Source: Acidimicrobiia bacterium (GTDB lineage: Bacteria > Actinomycetota > Acidimicrobiia > IMCC26256 > JACDBD01). From it: DNA of 61,513 nt. Each line of letters begins with the position of its first letter. Position 1 is the first letter of the stretch. Below the pieces are notes generated by a model. The model had not been told where the DNA came from, searched no databases, and was given only the letters and a program-made list of their open reading frames with translations. Where the stretch lies: positions 1 to 61,513 of the forward strand of contig DASYQJ010000236.1 of NCBI GenBank assembly GCA_036005605.1. Reading direction: 5' to 3'. Positions 28,646 through 36,854 of this stretch are shown here, piece after piece. The position numbers and the translations under genes are program-made.

Positions 28646-29023
28646 TTACGTCGAGGAGGTGTCGCGCTTCGAGCCTGAGCCGCCGCTCTTGGACGGCTTG
28701 GTGTCCGTGGACGACTTCGAGTCCTTCGTGTCCTTCGACTTGTCGCCCTTCGAGCCCTTGGAGGCGGAGTCGGAGCTCGAGCCGTTGCCGCCGGCGGCGC
28801 CGTCCTTGGCCGGTTCCTTCTCGCGGGACCCGGACTTGCGGCCCCCGGCCCGGCTGTCGGTCCGGTAGAAGCCCGAGCCCTTGAGGACGATCCCCGCCGG
28901 TGCCATCACCTTGGTGACCGACCCGCCACAGCCCGGATGCTTCTTCAGTGCGTCGTCGTGGATGGATTGCCAGAGCTCGAACTGCTCACCGCACTTCGCG
29001 CACCGGTACTGGTAGGTCGGCAT
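28646..29023 (-). CDS. FmdB-family zinc-ribbon protein
   Basis: MPTYQYRCAKCGEQFELWQSIHDDALKKHPGCGG, followed by a Ser/Lys/Asp-rich tail. ATG at 29023. The rest of track ORF 28646-29662 runs antisense to plsY. Confidence 0.8.
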   Translation of the reverse strand: MPTYQYRCAKCGEQFELWQSIHDDALKKHPGCGGSVTKVMAPAGIVLKGSGFYRTDSRAGGRKSGSREKEPAKDGAAGGNGSSSDSASKGSKGDKSKDTKDSKSSTDTKPSKSGGSGSKRDTSST

Positions 29024-29095
29024 CGCCGTCCTCGGCTCCCGTGCCCCGGCGACAGCCGTTGGCACTCTCCGTATTCGACTGCTAATCCTACCGGA

Positions 29096-29704
29096 GTGCC
29101 GGGCGTTTTGCTCCTCCTCCCTCTCGCCTACCTGCTCGGTTCGTTCCCCACGGCCGCGCTCGTTGCCCGAGCCACCGGCCACGACGTCCTGACCGAGGGG
29201 TCCCGCAATCCGGGCGCCTCCAACGTCTACCGGCTCGCGGGCTGGAAGGCGGGGCTGATCGTCTTCCTGGGCGACTTCGCCAAGGGCGCGGTCCCCTCCG
29301 CGGTGGGGCTCGTCATCGACGGCCACCGCGGCGCTTTCCTGCTCGGCTTCGCCGCCGTGGTCGGCCACGTGCTGCCGATCATGTTTCGCTTCCGCGGCGG
29401 GCGGGGTGTGGCGACCGCGGGCGGGGTCCTGGCCGTCATCTACCCGCTGATCGCGCTCGGGCTCGCACTCCTGTGGTTCGTGATCGCGCGCGGATTCAAG
29501 AAGGCGTCGGTGGCGTCGATCGTCATCACGGTCGCGTTCCCCGTGCTCGTCGCCGTGACGGGCAACTCGTGGGGCGACATCCTCATCACGACCGGGCTCG
29601 CAATCGTGATCCTCGCCCGGCACGTGCCGAACCTGCGCCGCCTGCTGCGGGGCGAAGAGCACGGGCTGGGCCGGGAACCGCCGGGCGGTAGCGTCTCCGA
29701 GTGA
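29096..29704 (+). CDS. plsY: glycerol-3-phosphate acyltransferase PlsY
   Basis: LLLLPLAYLLGSFPTAALVAR...GSRNPGASNV...GGRGVATAGG are the PlsY motifs. GTG at 29096; a TTG at 29108 is an alternative start. Confidence 0.9.
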   Translation: MPGVLLLLPLAYLLGSFPTAALVARATGHDVLTEGSRNPGASNVYRLAGWKAGLIVFLGDFAKGAVPSAVGLVIDGHRGAFLLGFAAVVGHVLPIMFRFRGGRGVATAGGVLAVIYPLIALGLALLWFVIARGFKKASVASIVITVAFPVLVAVTGNSWGDILITTGLAIVILARHVPNLRRLLRGEEHGLGREPPGGSVSE

Positions 29705-30585
29705 TGAGCACGGTTCGCAAGGCCGTGATCCCCGCCGCCGGGTTGGGCACGCGCTTCTTGCCGGCGAGCAAGAGCATCCCCAAGGAGATGCTGCCCATCG
29801 TCGACCGCCCGACGATCGAGTACGTCGTCGAAGAGGCGGTCCGCGCCGGCATCCGCGACATCCTCGTGGTGAACGGCCGCGGCAAGGGACCGATCGAGGA
29901 CCACTTCGATCGCGAGCCCGAGCTGGAAGCGGCGCTCGAGCAGAAAGGCAAGCACGATCTGCTGAAGCAGGTGCAGGCGCTGGCGGATCTCGCCGACCTC
30001 CACTTCGTCCGCCAGCACGAGCCGCTTGGCCTCGGCCACGCGGTGTCGGTGGCTCGCCAGCACGTCGGAAACGAATCGTTCGCCGTGCTGCTCGGCGACG
30101 ACGTGATGGTCGACGACGCCGCCCTGCTGCGAAGCATGATCGAGATCCACGACCGGGAGCAGGCGTCGGTGCTCGCGCTGCTGGAGGTCGAGCCCGATGA
30201 AATCGCGGCGTACGGGTCCGCCGAGGTGGAACAGATCGACGGGGACGTCTTCCGGCTGCGATCGGTGGTCGAGAAGCCGAAACCGGAAGACGCGCCGTCC
30301 AACCTCGCCGTGATCGGCCGCTACGTGCTCCGCCCCGGCATCTTCGACGCCCTCGATCGAATCGAGCCGGGGGCCGGTGGCGAGCTCCAGCTCACGGACG
30401 CGATCGGCGTGCTGCTCCGCGAGGAGACGGTCGTCGGGCGCCGCTTCACGCACGGCCGCTACGACGCCGGCATGAAGGTCGACTTCCTGCGGGCCAACCT
30501 CGAGCTCGCCCTCGACCGGCCCGACCTCGCGGCGGACGTCGAGGCGATGATCGTCGAGGTCGTGCGCCGGCGCGGCCTCGCCTGA
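29704..30585 (+). CDS. galU: UTP--glucose-1-phosphate uridylyltransferase
   Basis: VRKAVIPAAGLGTRFLPASKSIPKEMLPIVDRP is the canonical GalU N-terminus. The ATG overlaps the plsY stop (TGATG). Confidence 0.95.
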   Translation: MSTVRKAVIPAAGLGTRFLPASKSIPKEMLPIVDRPTIEYVVEEAVRAGIRDILVVNGRGKGPIEDHFDREPELEAALEQKGKHDLLKQVQALADLADLHFVRQHEPLGLGHAVSVARQHVGNESFAVLLGDDVMVDDAALLRSMIEIHDREQASVLALLEVEPDEIAAYGSAEVEQIDGDVFRLRSVVEKPKPEDAPSNLAVIGRYVLRPGIFDALDRIEPGAGGELQLTDAIGVLLREETVVGRRFTHGRYDAGMKVDFLRANLELALDRPDLAADVEAMIVEVVRRRGLA

Positions 30586-30592
30586 GCGTTCC

Positions 30593-31810
30593 GTGATCCC
30601 GCTCGCGGACGTCCAGCGCGAGATCCTCGGCGCGGTGGCGCCGCTCGTGTCGGTCACGGTTCCTGTGCGCGACGCGCTCCGTCTCGTCACGACGCGCGAC
30701 GTGATCGCCGGCGAGGCGGTGCCACCGTTCGCCAACACCGCCATGGACGGCTACGCGGTGCGCTCCGCCGACACCGCCGGCGCCGGCCCCGATGCGCCCG
30801 TCCGTCTCACAGTGGCGGGTGAGCTGCCGGCGGGGCGCGCCCCGACGCAGCCCGTACGGGAGGGCGAGGCCATCCGGATCATGACCGGCGCCCCGATGCC
30901 CGACGGCGCCGACTCCGTCGTGATGGTCGAGTACACCGAACGCGAAGGCGACGCGGTCCGCGTACTGCACGCGGCGCGCCCCGGCGATCACGTGCGCGGC
31001 GCCGGCGGGGACCTCGCACCAGGCGATCTCGTCTTCTCGGCCGGCACCGTGCTCGGGCCGGCGCACCTCGGTGTCCTGACCAGCTCGAGCTTCGAAGACG
31101 TCGAGGTCGTGCCGCGGGCGCGCGTCGGCGTCCTCTCCACCGGCGACGAGCTCGTCGAGCGCGGACCCCTGCATCCGGGGCAGATCCGCGACTCGAACCG
31201 CCCGATGCTGCTCGCCCAGGTCGCCGACGCCGGCGCCGACGCCGCCGACCTCGGGCTCGCACCGGACGACGAGAGCATCATCACGCGCACGCTGGAGGAC
31301 GCTCTCGCGAGCTGCGACGCCGTCCTCACGAGCGGGGGAGTGTCGGTCGGCGACTTCGACTATGTGAAGGCGGCGCTCGGACGACTGGGCCGGATGCAGT
31401 CGTGGCAGGTCGCGATCAAGCCGGCGAAGCCGCTCGCGTTCGGCGTGATCGACGGGACCCCTGTGTTCGGGCTGCCGGGCAACCCGGTGTCGTCGCTGGT
31501 GAGCTTCGAGCTCTTCGCCCGGCCCGCCCTGCTCCTGATGATGGGGCACGCGGCGCGCTTCCGGCCCGAGGTGACGGCGACGGCCGAGCGCGCCATGCCT
31601 CGCAAGCCCGACGGGAAGCTGCACCTCGACCGGGTGCGTGTGCGCGCCGAGGGCGACTCGTACTTCGCCTCCCGCACCGGCGATCAGGCCAGCAACGTGC
31701 TGTCGGCCACCGCCGCGGCCAATGGCCTCGCCCTCCTCCCCGACGGCGACGGCGTCCCCGAGGGCGGCGAGGTCCGGGTCATGCGCCTCGACTGGCCCGC
31801 CGACCACTGA
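30593..31810 (+). CDS. moeA: molybdopterin molybdotransferase MoeA (gephyrin-like, Glp)
   Basis: 405 aa with PPFANTAMDGYAV, SGGVSVGDFDY and GLPGNPVS. Confidence 0.9.
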   Translation: MIPLADVQREILGAVAPLVSVTVPVRDALRLVTTRDVIAGEAVPPFANTAMDGYAVRSADTAGAGPDAPVRLTVAGELPAGRAPTQPVREGEAIRIMTGAPMPDGADSVVMVEYTEREGDAVRVLHAARPGDHVRGAGGDLAPGDLVFSAGTVLGPAHLGVLTSSSFEDVEVVPRARVGVLSTGDELVERGPLHPGQIRDSNRPMLLAQVADAGADAADLGLAPDDESIITRTLEDALASCDAVLTSGGVSVGDFDYVKAALGRLGRMQSWQVAIKPAKPLAFGVIDGTPVFGLPGNPVSSLVSFELFARPALLLMMGHAARFRPEVTATAERAMPRKPDGKLHLDRVRVRAEGDSYFASRTGDQASNVLSATAAANGLALLPDGDGVPEGGEVRVMRLDWPADH

Positions 31811-31899
31811 TGGACAAGCAGACGGCGGAGCGAAGCGAGCTCAGTTGCTCACGGCCTTCGCTGAGCGGGCTCCCTGCACGCACCGGCGCCGCGGCGCCC

Positions 31900-31905
31900 T
31901 AGCCT
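31900..31905 (+). promoter_or_regulatory. -10 hexamer TAGCCT positioned for a leaderless moaA transcript
   Basis: The TANNNT hexamer ends 6 nt before the moaA ATG (31912), and no SD lies in between. Confidence 0.4.
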
Positions 31906-31911
31906 GGGTGT

Positions 31912-32949
31912 ATGCCCGCTGCGCCCGTCCCGCTCATCGACCCGTTCGATCGGCGGGTCAAGGACCTGCGCATCTCGATCACGGACCGGTGCAACTTCCG
32001 CTGCACGTACTGCATGCCGGCCGAGGGCATGAAGTGGCTTCCTCGCGAGGAGCTCCTCACCTACGAGGAGCAGGCCCGGATCGCCCGCGTGTGCGTCGAG
32101 CGGTTCGGGTTCGAGGCGATCCGCATCACCGGGGGTGAGCCGACCCTGCGGGCTCACCTCCCTCGCCTGATCACCATGCTCGCCCCCCTGGACGTCGACC
32201 TCGCGCTCACGAGCAACGGCGTGAAGCTGCCCGAGATGGCGCATGACCTCGCCGCCGCCGGGCTCCGGCGGATCAACGTCTCGCTCGACTCGCTCCGCCC
32301 CGACACGTTCACCGCGCTCACGCGCCGCGACGACCTCGAGCGCGTCCTCGCCGGCGTCGACGCCGCGCTCGACGCCGGTCTCGATCCGGTGAAGGTGAAC
32401 TGCGTCGTGATGAGAGGCGTGAACGACGACGAGATCGTCGACCTCGCCGCGTACGGACGCGCCAAGGGCGTCGGCCTTCGGTTCATCGAGTTCATGCCCC
32501 TCGACGCCGAGGGCACATGGTCGATGGACCAGGTCGTCCCCGCCCGGGAGATCCTCGATCGCGTCGATGCCGCATTCCCGCTCGAGGCCGAGGTCGCCCC
32601 CGGCGACACCGAGCCCGCCACCCGCTACCGCTACCGGGACGGCGCCGGCGACGTCGGGGTGATCCCGAGCGTCACCGAGCCGTTCTGCGACCACTGCGAC
32701 CGCGTTCGGGTGACCGCCGAGGGCAAGTTCCGGACGTGCCTGTTCGCGCTGGAGGAATTCGACCTGCGGGCGATCCTCCGGGACGGGGACGACGTCCACA
32801 ACGCCGACGACGTCCACGACGACGTTCAGATCGACGACAGACTCGCGTCCGAGATCGAGCGTGCGGTCGGGACGAAATGGGCCGGGCACCGCATCGGACA
32901 GGTCAATTTCGTGCGCCCCGCCCGGTCCATGAGCCAGATCGGCGGGTAG
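31912..32949 (+). CDS. moaA: GTP 3',8-cyclase MoaA
   Basis: The radical-SAM motif is CNFRCTYCMP. The C-terminal cluster is CDHCDRVRVTAEGKFRTCLF. Confidence 0.95.
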   Translation: MPAAPVPLIDPFDRRVKDLRISITDRCNFRCTYCMPAEGMKWLPREELLTYEEQARIARVCVERFGFEAIRITGGEPTLRAHLPRLITMLAPLDVDLALTSNGVKLPEMAHDLAAAGLRRINVSLDSLRPDTFTALTRRDDLERVLAGVDAALDAGLDPVKVNCVVMRGVNDDEIVDLAAYGRAKGVGLRFIEFMPLDAEGTWSMDQVVPAREILDRVDAAFPLEAEVAPGDTEPATRYRYRDGAGDVGVIPSVTEPFCDHCDRVRVTAEGKFRTCLFALEEFDLRAILRDGDDVHNADDVHDDVQIDDRLASEIERAVGTKWAGHRIGQVNFVRPARSMSQIGG

Positions 32950-32966
32950 CCCGTACACTCGCGCTC

Positions 32967-33029
32967 GCGGCGACGGCGGCTTTGCTGACCGTCGCCGCAG
33001 AGCCGAGCTTGCGAGGGCGACCAAAGGAG
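32967..33029 (+). promoter_or_regulatory. conserved hairpin+SD leader element, copy C
   Basis: P1 is GCGGCGACGG-CGGC-TTT-GCTG-A-CCGTCGCCGC (32967-32998). P2 is GAGC-CGA-GCTT. The box GCGAGGGCGACC precedes the SD AAAGGAG (33023-33029). The moaC TTG is at 33034. Confidence 0.7.
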
Positions 33030-33033
33030 TGCT

Positions 33034-33540
33034 TTGTCGGCGTCCGAGTTCACGCACCTCGACCCGCTCGGGCGGGCGCGCATGGTGGACGTCTCCTCCA
33101 AGGAGGCGACGCACCGCCGGGCCGTCGCCCGCTGTCGGGTGTACATGGAGCCCGAGACGACCTCGAAGATCGCCGCCGGGGCGATCAGCAAGGGCGACGT
33201 GTTCGCCGTCGCCCGCGTCGCCGGCATCCAGGCCGCCAAGCAGACACCGAACCTGTTGCCGTTGTGCCATCCGCTCCTCGTGGGGTCAGTGTTCGTGAAC
33301 TTCCGGATCGAGGACAGCCACGTCGAGGTCGAGGCGCAGGTCGACACCGTCGACCGCACGGGTGTCGAGATGGAAGCCTTGACCGCGTGCGCGATCGCCG
33401 CGCTCACCATCTACGACATGTGCAAATCCATCGACCGCTCGATGACCATCGGCGAGCTCACGCTGTGGGAGAAGACCGGCGGCCGCTCTGGGATGTACCG
33501 CCGCCCGCTGCCCCTCGACGACGACGAATTGGGCATCTGA
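33034..33540 (+). CDS. moaC: cyclic pyranopterin monophosphate synthase MoaC
   Basis: HLDPLGRARMVDVSSK...IQAAKQTPNLLPLCHPL...GVEMEALTA are the MoaC signatures. Confidence 0.95.
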   Translation: MSASEFTHLDPLGRARMVDVSSKEATHRRAVARCRVYMEPETTSKIAAGAISKGDVFAVARVAGIQAAKQTPNLLPLCHPLLVGSVFVNFRIEDSHVEVEAQVDTVDRTGVEMEALTACAIAALTIYDMCKSIDRSMTIGELTLWEKTGGRSGMYRRPLPLDDDELGI

Positions 33541-33587
33541 CCCGGCTGCCCCGCCGTCCGCCCCATCTCTGTCCGAAACGCGGCGGG

Positions 33588-33618
33588 TTGACCGGAAGGG
33601 GCCGGTTTTCGTTAGGCT
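33588..33618 (+). promoter_or_regulatory. putative sigma-A type promoter (TTGACC-N19-TAGGCT)
   Basis: The -35 TTGACC is at 33588-33593 and the -10 TAGGCT at 33613-33618. It lies about 95 nt upstream of the TTG start at 33715. Confidence 0.4.
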
Positions 33619-33714
33619 CCGGCCGGGCACCAGGCGACTGCACGAGTGAGGGTCCACCCTTGGCCCGACATGCGTTGTTAGCGTCGAGAACACGCAGAAA
33701 GTGGCGGAGAACCC

Positions 33715-34323
33715 TTGGCCATTCCGGTCCTCTTGATCCTTGCGGTGCTCTGGGCGGCCGTGCTCGTGCCGCCGGTGCTGCGATCCCGGTCGGAGAGCCG
33801 TCGGGGCGGGGTCGGTGACCTCCACTCCCGCCTCGGGGCTCTCAACCACCGACGCTCGCCGGCCGGCTCCATGGGAGCCCGAGGTGGCCGGGCCCCGCTG
33901 CGGTCGGTCCCGCCGGTCCAGGCCGCCCGTTCCGACGCAACCAGGCGCACCGCCCGTCGTCCCCGACCCGTGCCGGGCGGCACCTCCGCCCTACCCTCCC
34001 GGACGATGACTCCGGCCCAGAAGCGCCGGCGCAACGTGCTGGTGATCCTCATCGGCGGCGCCATCGTCAGCCTCGGGCTCGCGGTGCTGCTCAACCCGAT
34101 GCTGTGGATCGTCCAGGGGGTCGCCGATGTCCTCCTCGCCGTCTACCTCTACTTGCTCGTGCTCCGGCGGCGCGGCTCACTGGCGTCCCACGGGGACGCC
34201 GACTTCTGGGGATCGGGGCCTGCGTCGCCGCCCCGACCGGTGGCGCATCCCCGCGTTCCGGCGCGTCCCGAGCTCGCGCCGCTCCCGGGAGCTGCGAAGC
34301 CGCGCCGTTCCGCCGCGGGTTAA
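33715..34323 (+). CDS. membrane protein, candidate divisome protein GlpR/SepX
   Basis: 202 aa with an N-terminal TM (MAIPVLLILAVLWAAVLVPPVLRSR), an Arg/Pro-rich linker and a second TM pair. It lies downstream of galU-moeA in the conserved SAF-FmdB-galU-glp neighbourhood. Family assignment is inferred from position and topology. Confidence 0.45.
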   Translation: MAIPVLLILAVLWAAVLVPPVLRSRSESRRGGVGDLHSRLGALNHRRSPAGSMGARGGRAPLRSVPPVQAARSDATRRTARRPRPVPGGTSALPSRTMTPAQKRRRNVLVILIGGAIVSLGLAVLLNPMLWIVQGVADVLLAVYLYLLVLRRRGSLASHGDADFWGSGPASPPRPVAHPRVPARPELAPLPGAAKPRRSAAG

Positions 34324-34344
34324 CGGCCCGAGCGGCGGCGACAG

Positions 34345-34992
34345 TTGACGACCGACCGGTCCGGCGAGCTTGCAGCTGCCGGTGACGGCGCCCGCGAAGT
34401 CCTCGAGGAGAAGCACCGCGCGCGCGAGATCACGTACAACGCGTCCCGGCGCGCGATCCGTGCCTGCGCGTCTGCGATCAGGGCCGTCCACCGGCGCGAG
34501 TTCCTCGCGGCACGCGAGCTGATCGCTGAAGCCGCCGCATTTCTCGCCGAGGCGGACGCGGCGATCGACGGCCACCACGACGTGCGCTACGGCGGCAGCC
34601 TCCACGATGCCAAGAAGGAGTTCGCCGAGGCGAACCTCACGCTCGCCTTCGTGTCCGGTCAGCCCATCCCGGGCGCCGAGGAGCTGCGCGTCGAGACACC
34701 CGCCTACCTGAACGGCATGGCGGAAGCGGCGAGCGAGCTGCGGCGGCAGGTGCTCGACTGCCTGCGGCGCGGCGAGCTCGACGAGGCGGAGAACCTGCTG
34801 GCCGTGATGGACGACGTGTACACCGTCCTGATCACGATCGACTATCCCGAGGCGCTCACCGGCGGGCTGCGCCGCGCCAGCGATGCCCTCCGCGGCGTGC
34901 TCGAGCGCACCCGCGGCGACGTGACGAACGCGCTGGTCATGGCGCGGATGCAGACTGCGATCGGCGGGGATCAGCCGAAGCGGGACGAGTAA
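34345..34992 (+). CDS. translin-family protein (COG2178-like)
   Basis: 215 aa, all-helical, with a C-terminal ITIDYPEALTGGLRRASDALRGVLERTRGDV that resembles the translin motif. TTG start. Confidence 0.55.
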   Translation: MTTDRSGELAAAGDGAREVLEEKHRAREITYNASRRAIRACASAIRAVHRREFLAARELIAEAAAFLAEADAAIDGHHDVRYGGSLHDAKKEFAEANLTLAFVSGQPIPGAEELRVETPAYLNGMAEAASELRRQVLDCLRRGELDEAENLLAVMDDVYTVLITIDYPEALTGGLRRASDALRGVLERTRGDVTNALVMARMQTAIGGDQPKRDE

Positions 34993-35006
34993 CCTGGCTC
35001 GTTCCC

Positions 35007-35080
35007 GGGGGTGTAGCTCAGTCCGGTAGAGCGCTACGTTCGCAACGTAGAAGTCGTGGGTTCAAGTCCCATCACCTCCA
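35007..35080 (+). tRNA. tRNA-Ala (anticodon CGC)
   Basis: The cloverleaf folds by hand. The acceptor is GGGGGUG/CACCUCC with the G3:U70 Ala identity pair. The D arm is GCUC/GAGC. The anticodon stem CUACG/CGUAG carries loop UUCGCAA. The T arm is GUGGG-UUCAAGU-CCCAU. The discriminator is A, and CCA is not encoded. Confidence 0.95.
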
Positions 35081-35106
35081 CATCGCTTCGGCACGGCAGC
35101 CGGAGT

Positions 35107-35391
35107 TCATGGCTCTTCCCCTTCGACAAAGACGCGCCATTCGGCTGTCGTGGCCTCGTCCGGTTCCTCGTATTCGGCGATTGGTGTGAACGCCTCTCCT
35201 TGGTCGTAGCGCCGCTTCGTGGCGACGAGGCACCTGCCGCCCTCCACGAAGCGGAAGACGCCGACATCCTCGCCGTCCAGTTCAGGCATGGAAGCGACGC
35301 CGACGAACTGCACCGTCTCGCCCGAGTCCATATGCCGGTAGAACGCCCCGGTCTCGAAGCTGTCAAGGTCTCGCCAGTTGAGGGATGGCAT
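35107..35391 (-). CDS. hypothetical protein (94 aa)
   Basis: MPSLNWRDLDSFETGAFYRHMDSGETVQFVGVA... The ATG at 35391 lies 6 nt after GAGGAGGA. The gene sits in a locally lower-GC stretch after the tRNA. The longer track ORF (to 35541) lacks an SD. Confidence 0.45.
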   Translation of the reverse strand: MPSLNWRDLDSFETGAFYRHMDSGETVQFVGVASMPELDGEDVGVFRFVEGGRCLVATKRRYDQGEAFTPIAEYEEPDEATTAEWRVFVEGEEP

Positions 35392-35798
35392 CGGCGGTCC
35401 TCCTCGTCGTCGCCAGCCGTGATGTGCGATCTCGACGTTCCCCGTTGATCGCACCCAGCAGGACTCAAGTATCTCTCGCCGGATCCACGCCGCCGAATAC
35501 GTGGGTGTACCCGTGCACAGGTAGTTCCGTTCGGTGCTCACGTCTGCTCCTCGAAACGCGGCGTTCGGTGTTCGCGTTCTGCAGTGAACGGCACTTGGAT
35601 TGAGGAAACTCCGCGAGCTTCCCGATGCATATGTGCACCTTTCCTCCGTCTAGGCGTCTTGTGGGCAGGCGCATGATGATTGGACAGCTCTTCTGTCGGC
35701 TGAGCGCGTCCGCCCTCACCCCCCCTCACCGAGTGGAGACGACCGCGATGACGAGCGCACACGCCCAAGGACCGACCGGCATTGAATAGTTGATCGCA

Positions 35799-36761
35799 AT
35801 GGCTCAGAGGTCGCCTTCCTTCGACGGCGCGACGGGCTGGCTGAACTCGAAGCCGCTGAGCTTGGCCGGCCTGCGCGGAAACGTCGTGCTCGCCCAGTTC
35901 TGGACGTACACGTGCATCAACTGGCTGCGCACGCTTCCTTATGTCCGCGCGTGGGCCGAGAAATACGACGGTCAAGGATTGGTCGTCATCGGCGTGCACA
36001 CACCCGAGTTCCCGGTCGAGCACAACCTCGAGAACGTTCGCCGAGCCGCGACGGACCTGATGGTGGGCTACCCGATCGCGATCGACAGCGACTACGCGAT
36101 CTGGGAGGCGTTCGGCAACCAATACTGGCCGGCCCTCTATCTCGTCGACGCGCAGGGGCACGTCCGACACCAGCAATTCGGTGAGGGCGGCTACGAAGAG
36201 TCGGAACGGGTGCTGCAACGCTCACTCGCCGAAGCCGGCGCGCACGGCGTCGATGACGCCCTCGTCGAGGTCGATGCTCAGGGTGTCGAAGCCGCCGCCG
36301 ACTGGGACACCTTGCAGTCTCCGGAGAGCTATCTCGGCTACGGACGCGCCCAGAGCTTTGCGTCTCCTGGTCGTCCAGCGTTGGACGAGCGGCACGTCTA
36401 CACCGCGCCGGAGCGGTTGCGGCGCAACCACTGGGCCCTTTCAGGTGATTGGACGATTGAGGAACAGGCGGTGGTCTTGAACGAGCCCAACGGACGGATC
36501 GCGGACCTCTTCCATGCCCGCGACCTACATCTCGTCATGGGACCGGCCACGCGAGGAGCGCGCGTCCAATTTCGCGTCCGGCTCGATGGACAGCCGCCGG
36601 GCGCTGCTCACGGACTCGACGTCGACGATCAAGGCAACGGCACCGTGAGCGAACCGAGGTTGCATCAGCTGATCCGACAACCGGCGCCCATCGCCGATCG
36701 GCTCTTCGAGATCGAGTTTCTCGATCCGGGCGTGGAGGCGTTCGTGTTCACGTTCGGCTGA
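35799..36761 (+). CDS. thioredoxin-fold (redoxin, DipZ C-terminal-like) protein with a C-x-x-W motif
   Basis: VVLAQFWTYTCINWLRTLPYV...VIGVHTPEF...YWPALYLVD is followed by a beta-rich C-terminal domain. The expected CxxC reads CINW. Confidence 0.75.
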   Translation: MAQRSPSFDGATGWLNSKPLSLAGLRGNVVLAQFWTYTCINWLRTLPYVRAWAEKYDGQGLVVIGVHTPEFPVEHNLENVRRAATDLMVGYPIAIDSDYAIWEAFGNQYWPALYLVDAQGHVRHQQFGEGGYEESERVLQRSLAEAGAHGVDDALVEVDAQGVEAAADWDTLQSPESYLGYGRAQSFASPGRPALDERHVYTAPERLRRNHWALSGDWTIEEQAVVLNEPNGRIADLFHARDLHLVMGPATRGARVQFRVRLDGQPPGAAHGLDVDDQGNGTVSEPRLHQLIRQPAPIADRLFEIEFLDPGVEAFVFTFG

Positions 36762-36854
36762 CACCCGCGGCGTTCCCGTTCCAGGTGTCAGTGAACGGAG
36801 GTCGAGAGGAATGCCGCACCACTCGGCCAGTTCCTGGCGCGCTATCTCTCGCGC

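Noticed and set aside
31811-31911. A Moco riboswitch was expected upstream of moaA.
   Set aside because: The spacer is only about 100 nt and shows none of the Moco-motif architecture as I remember it, which is about 130+ nt with a multistem junction. moaA looks leaderless instead.
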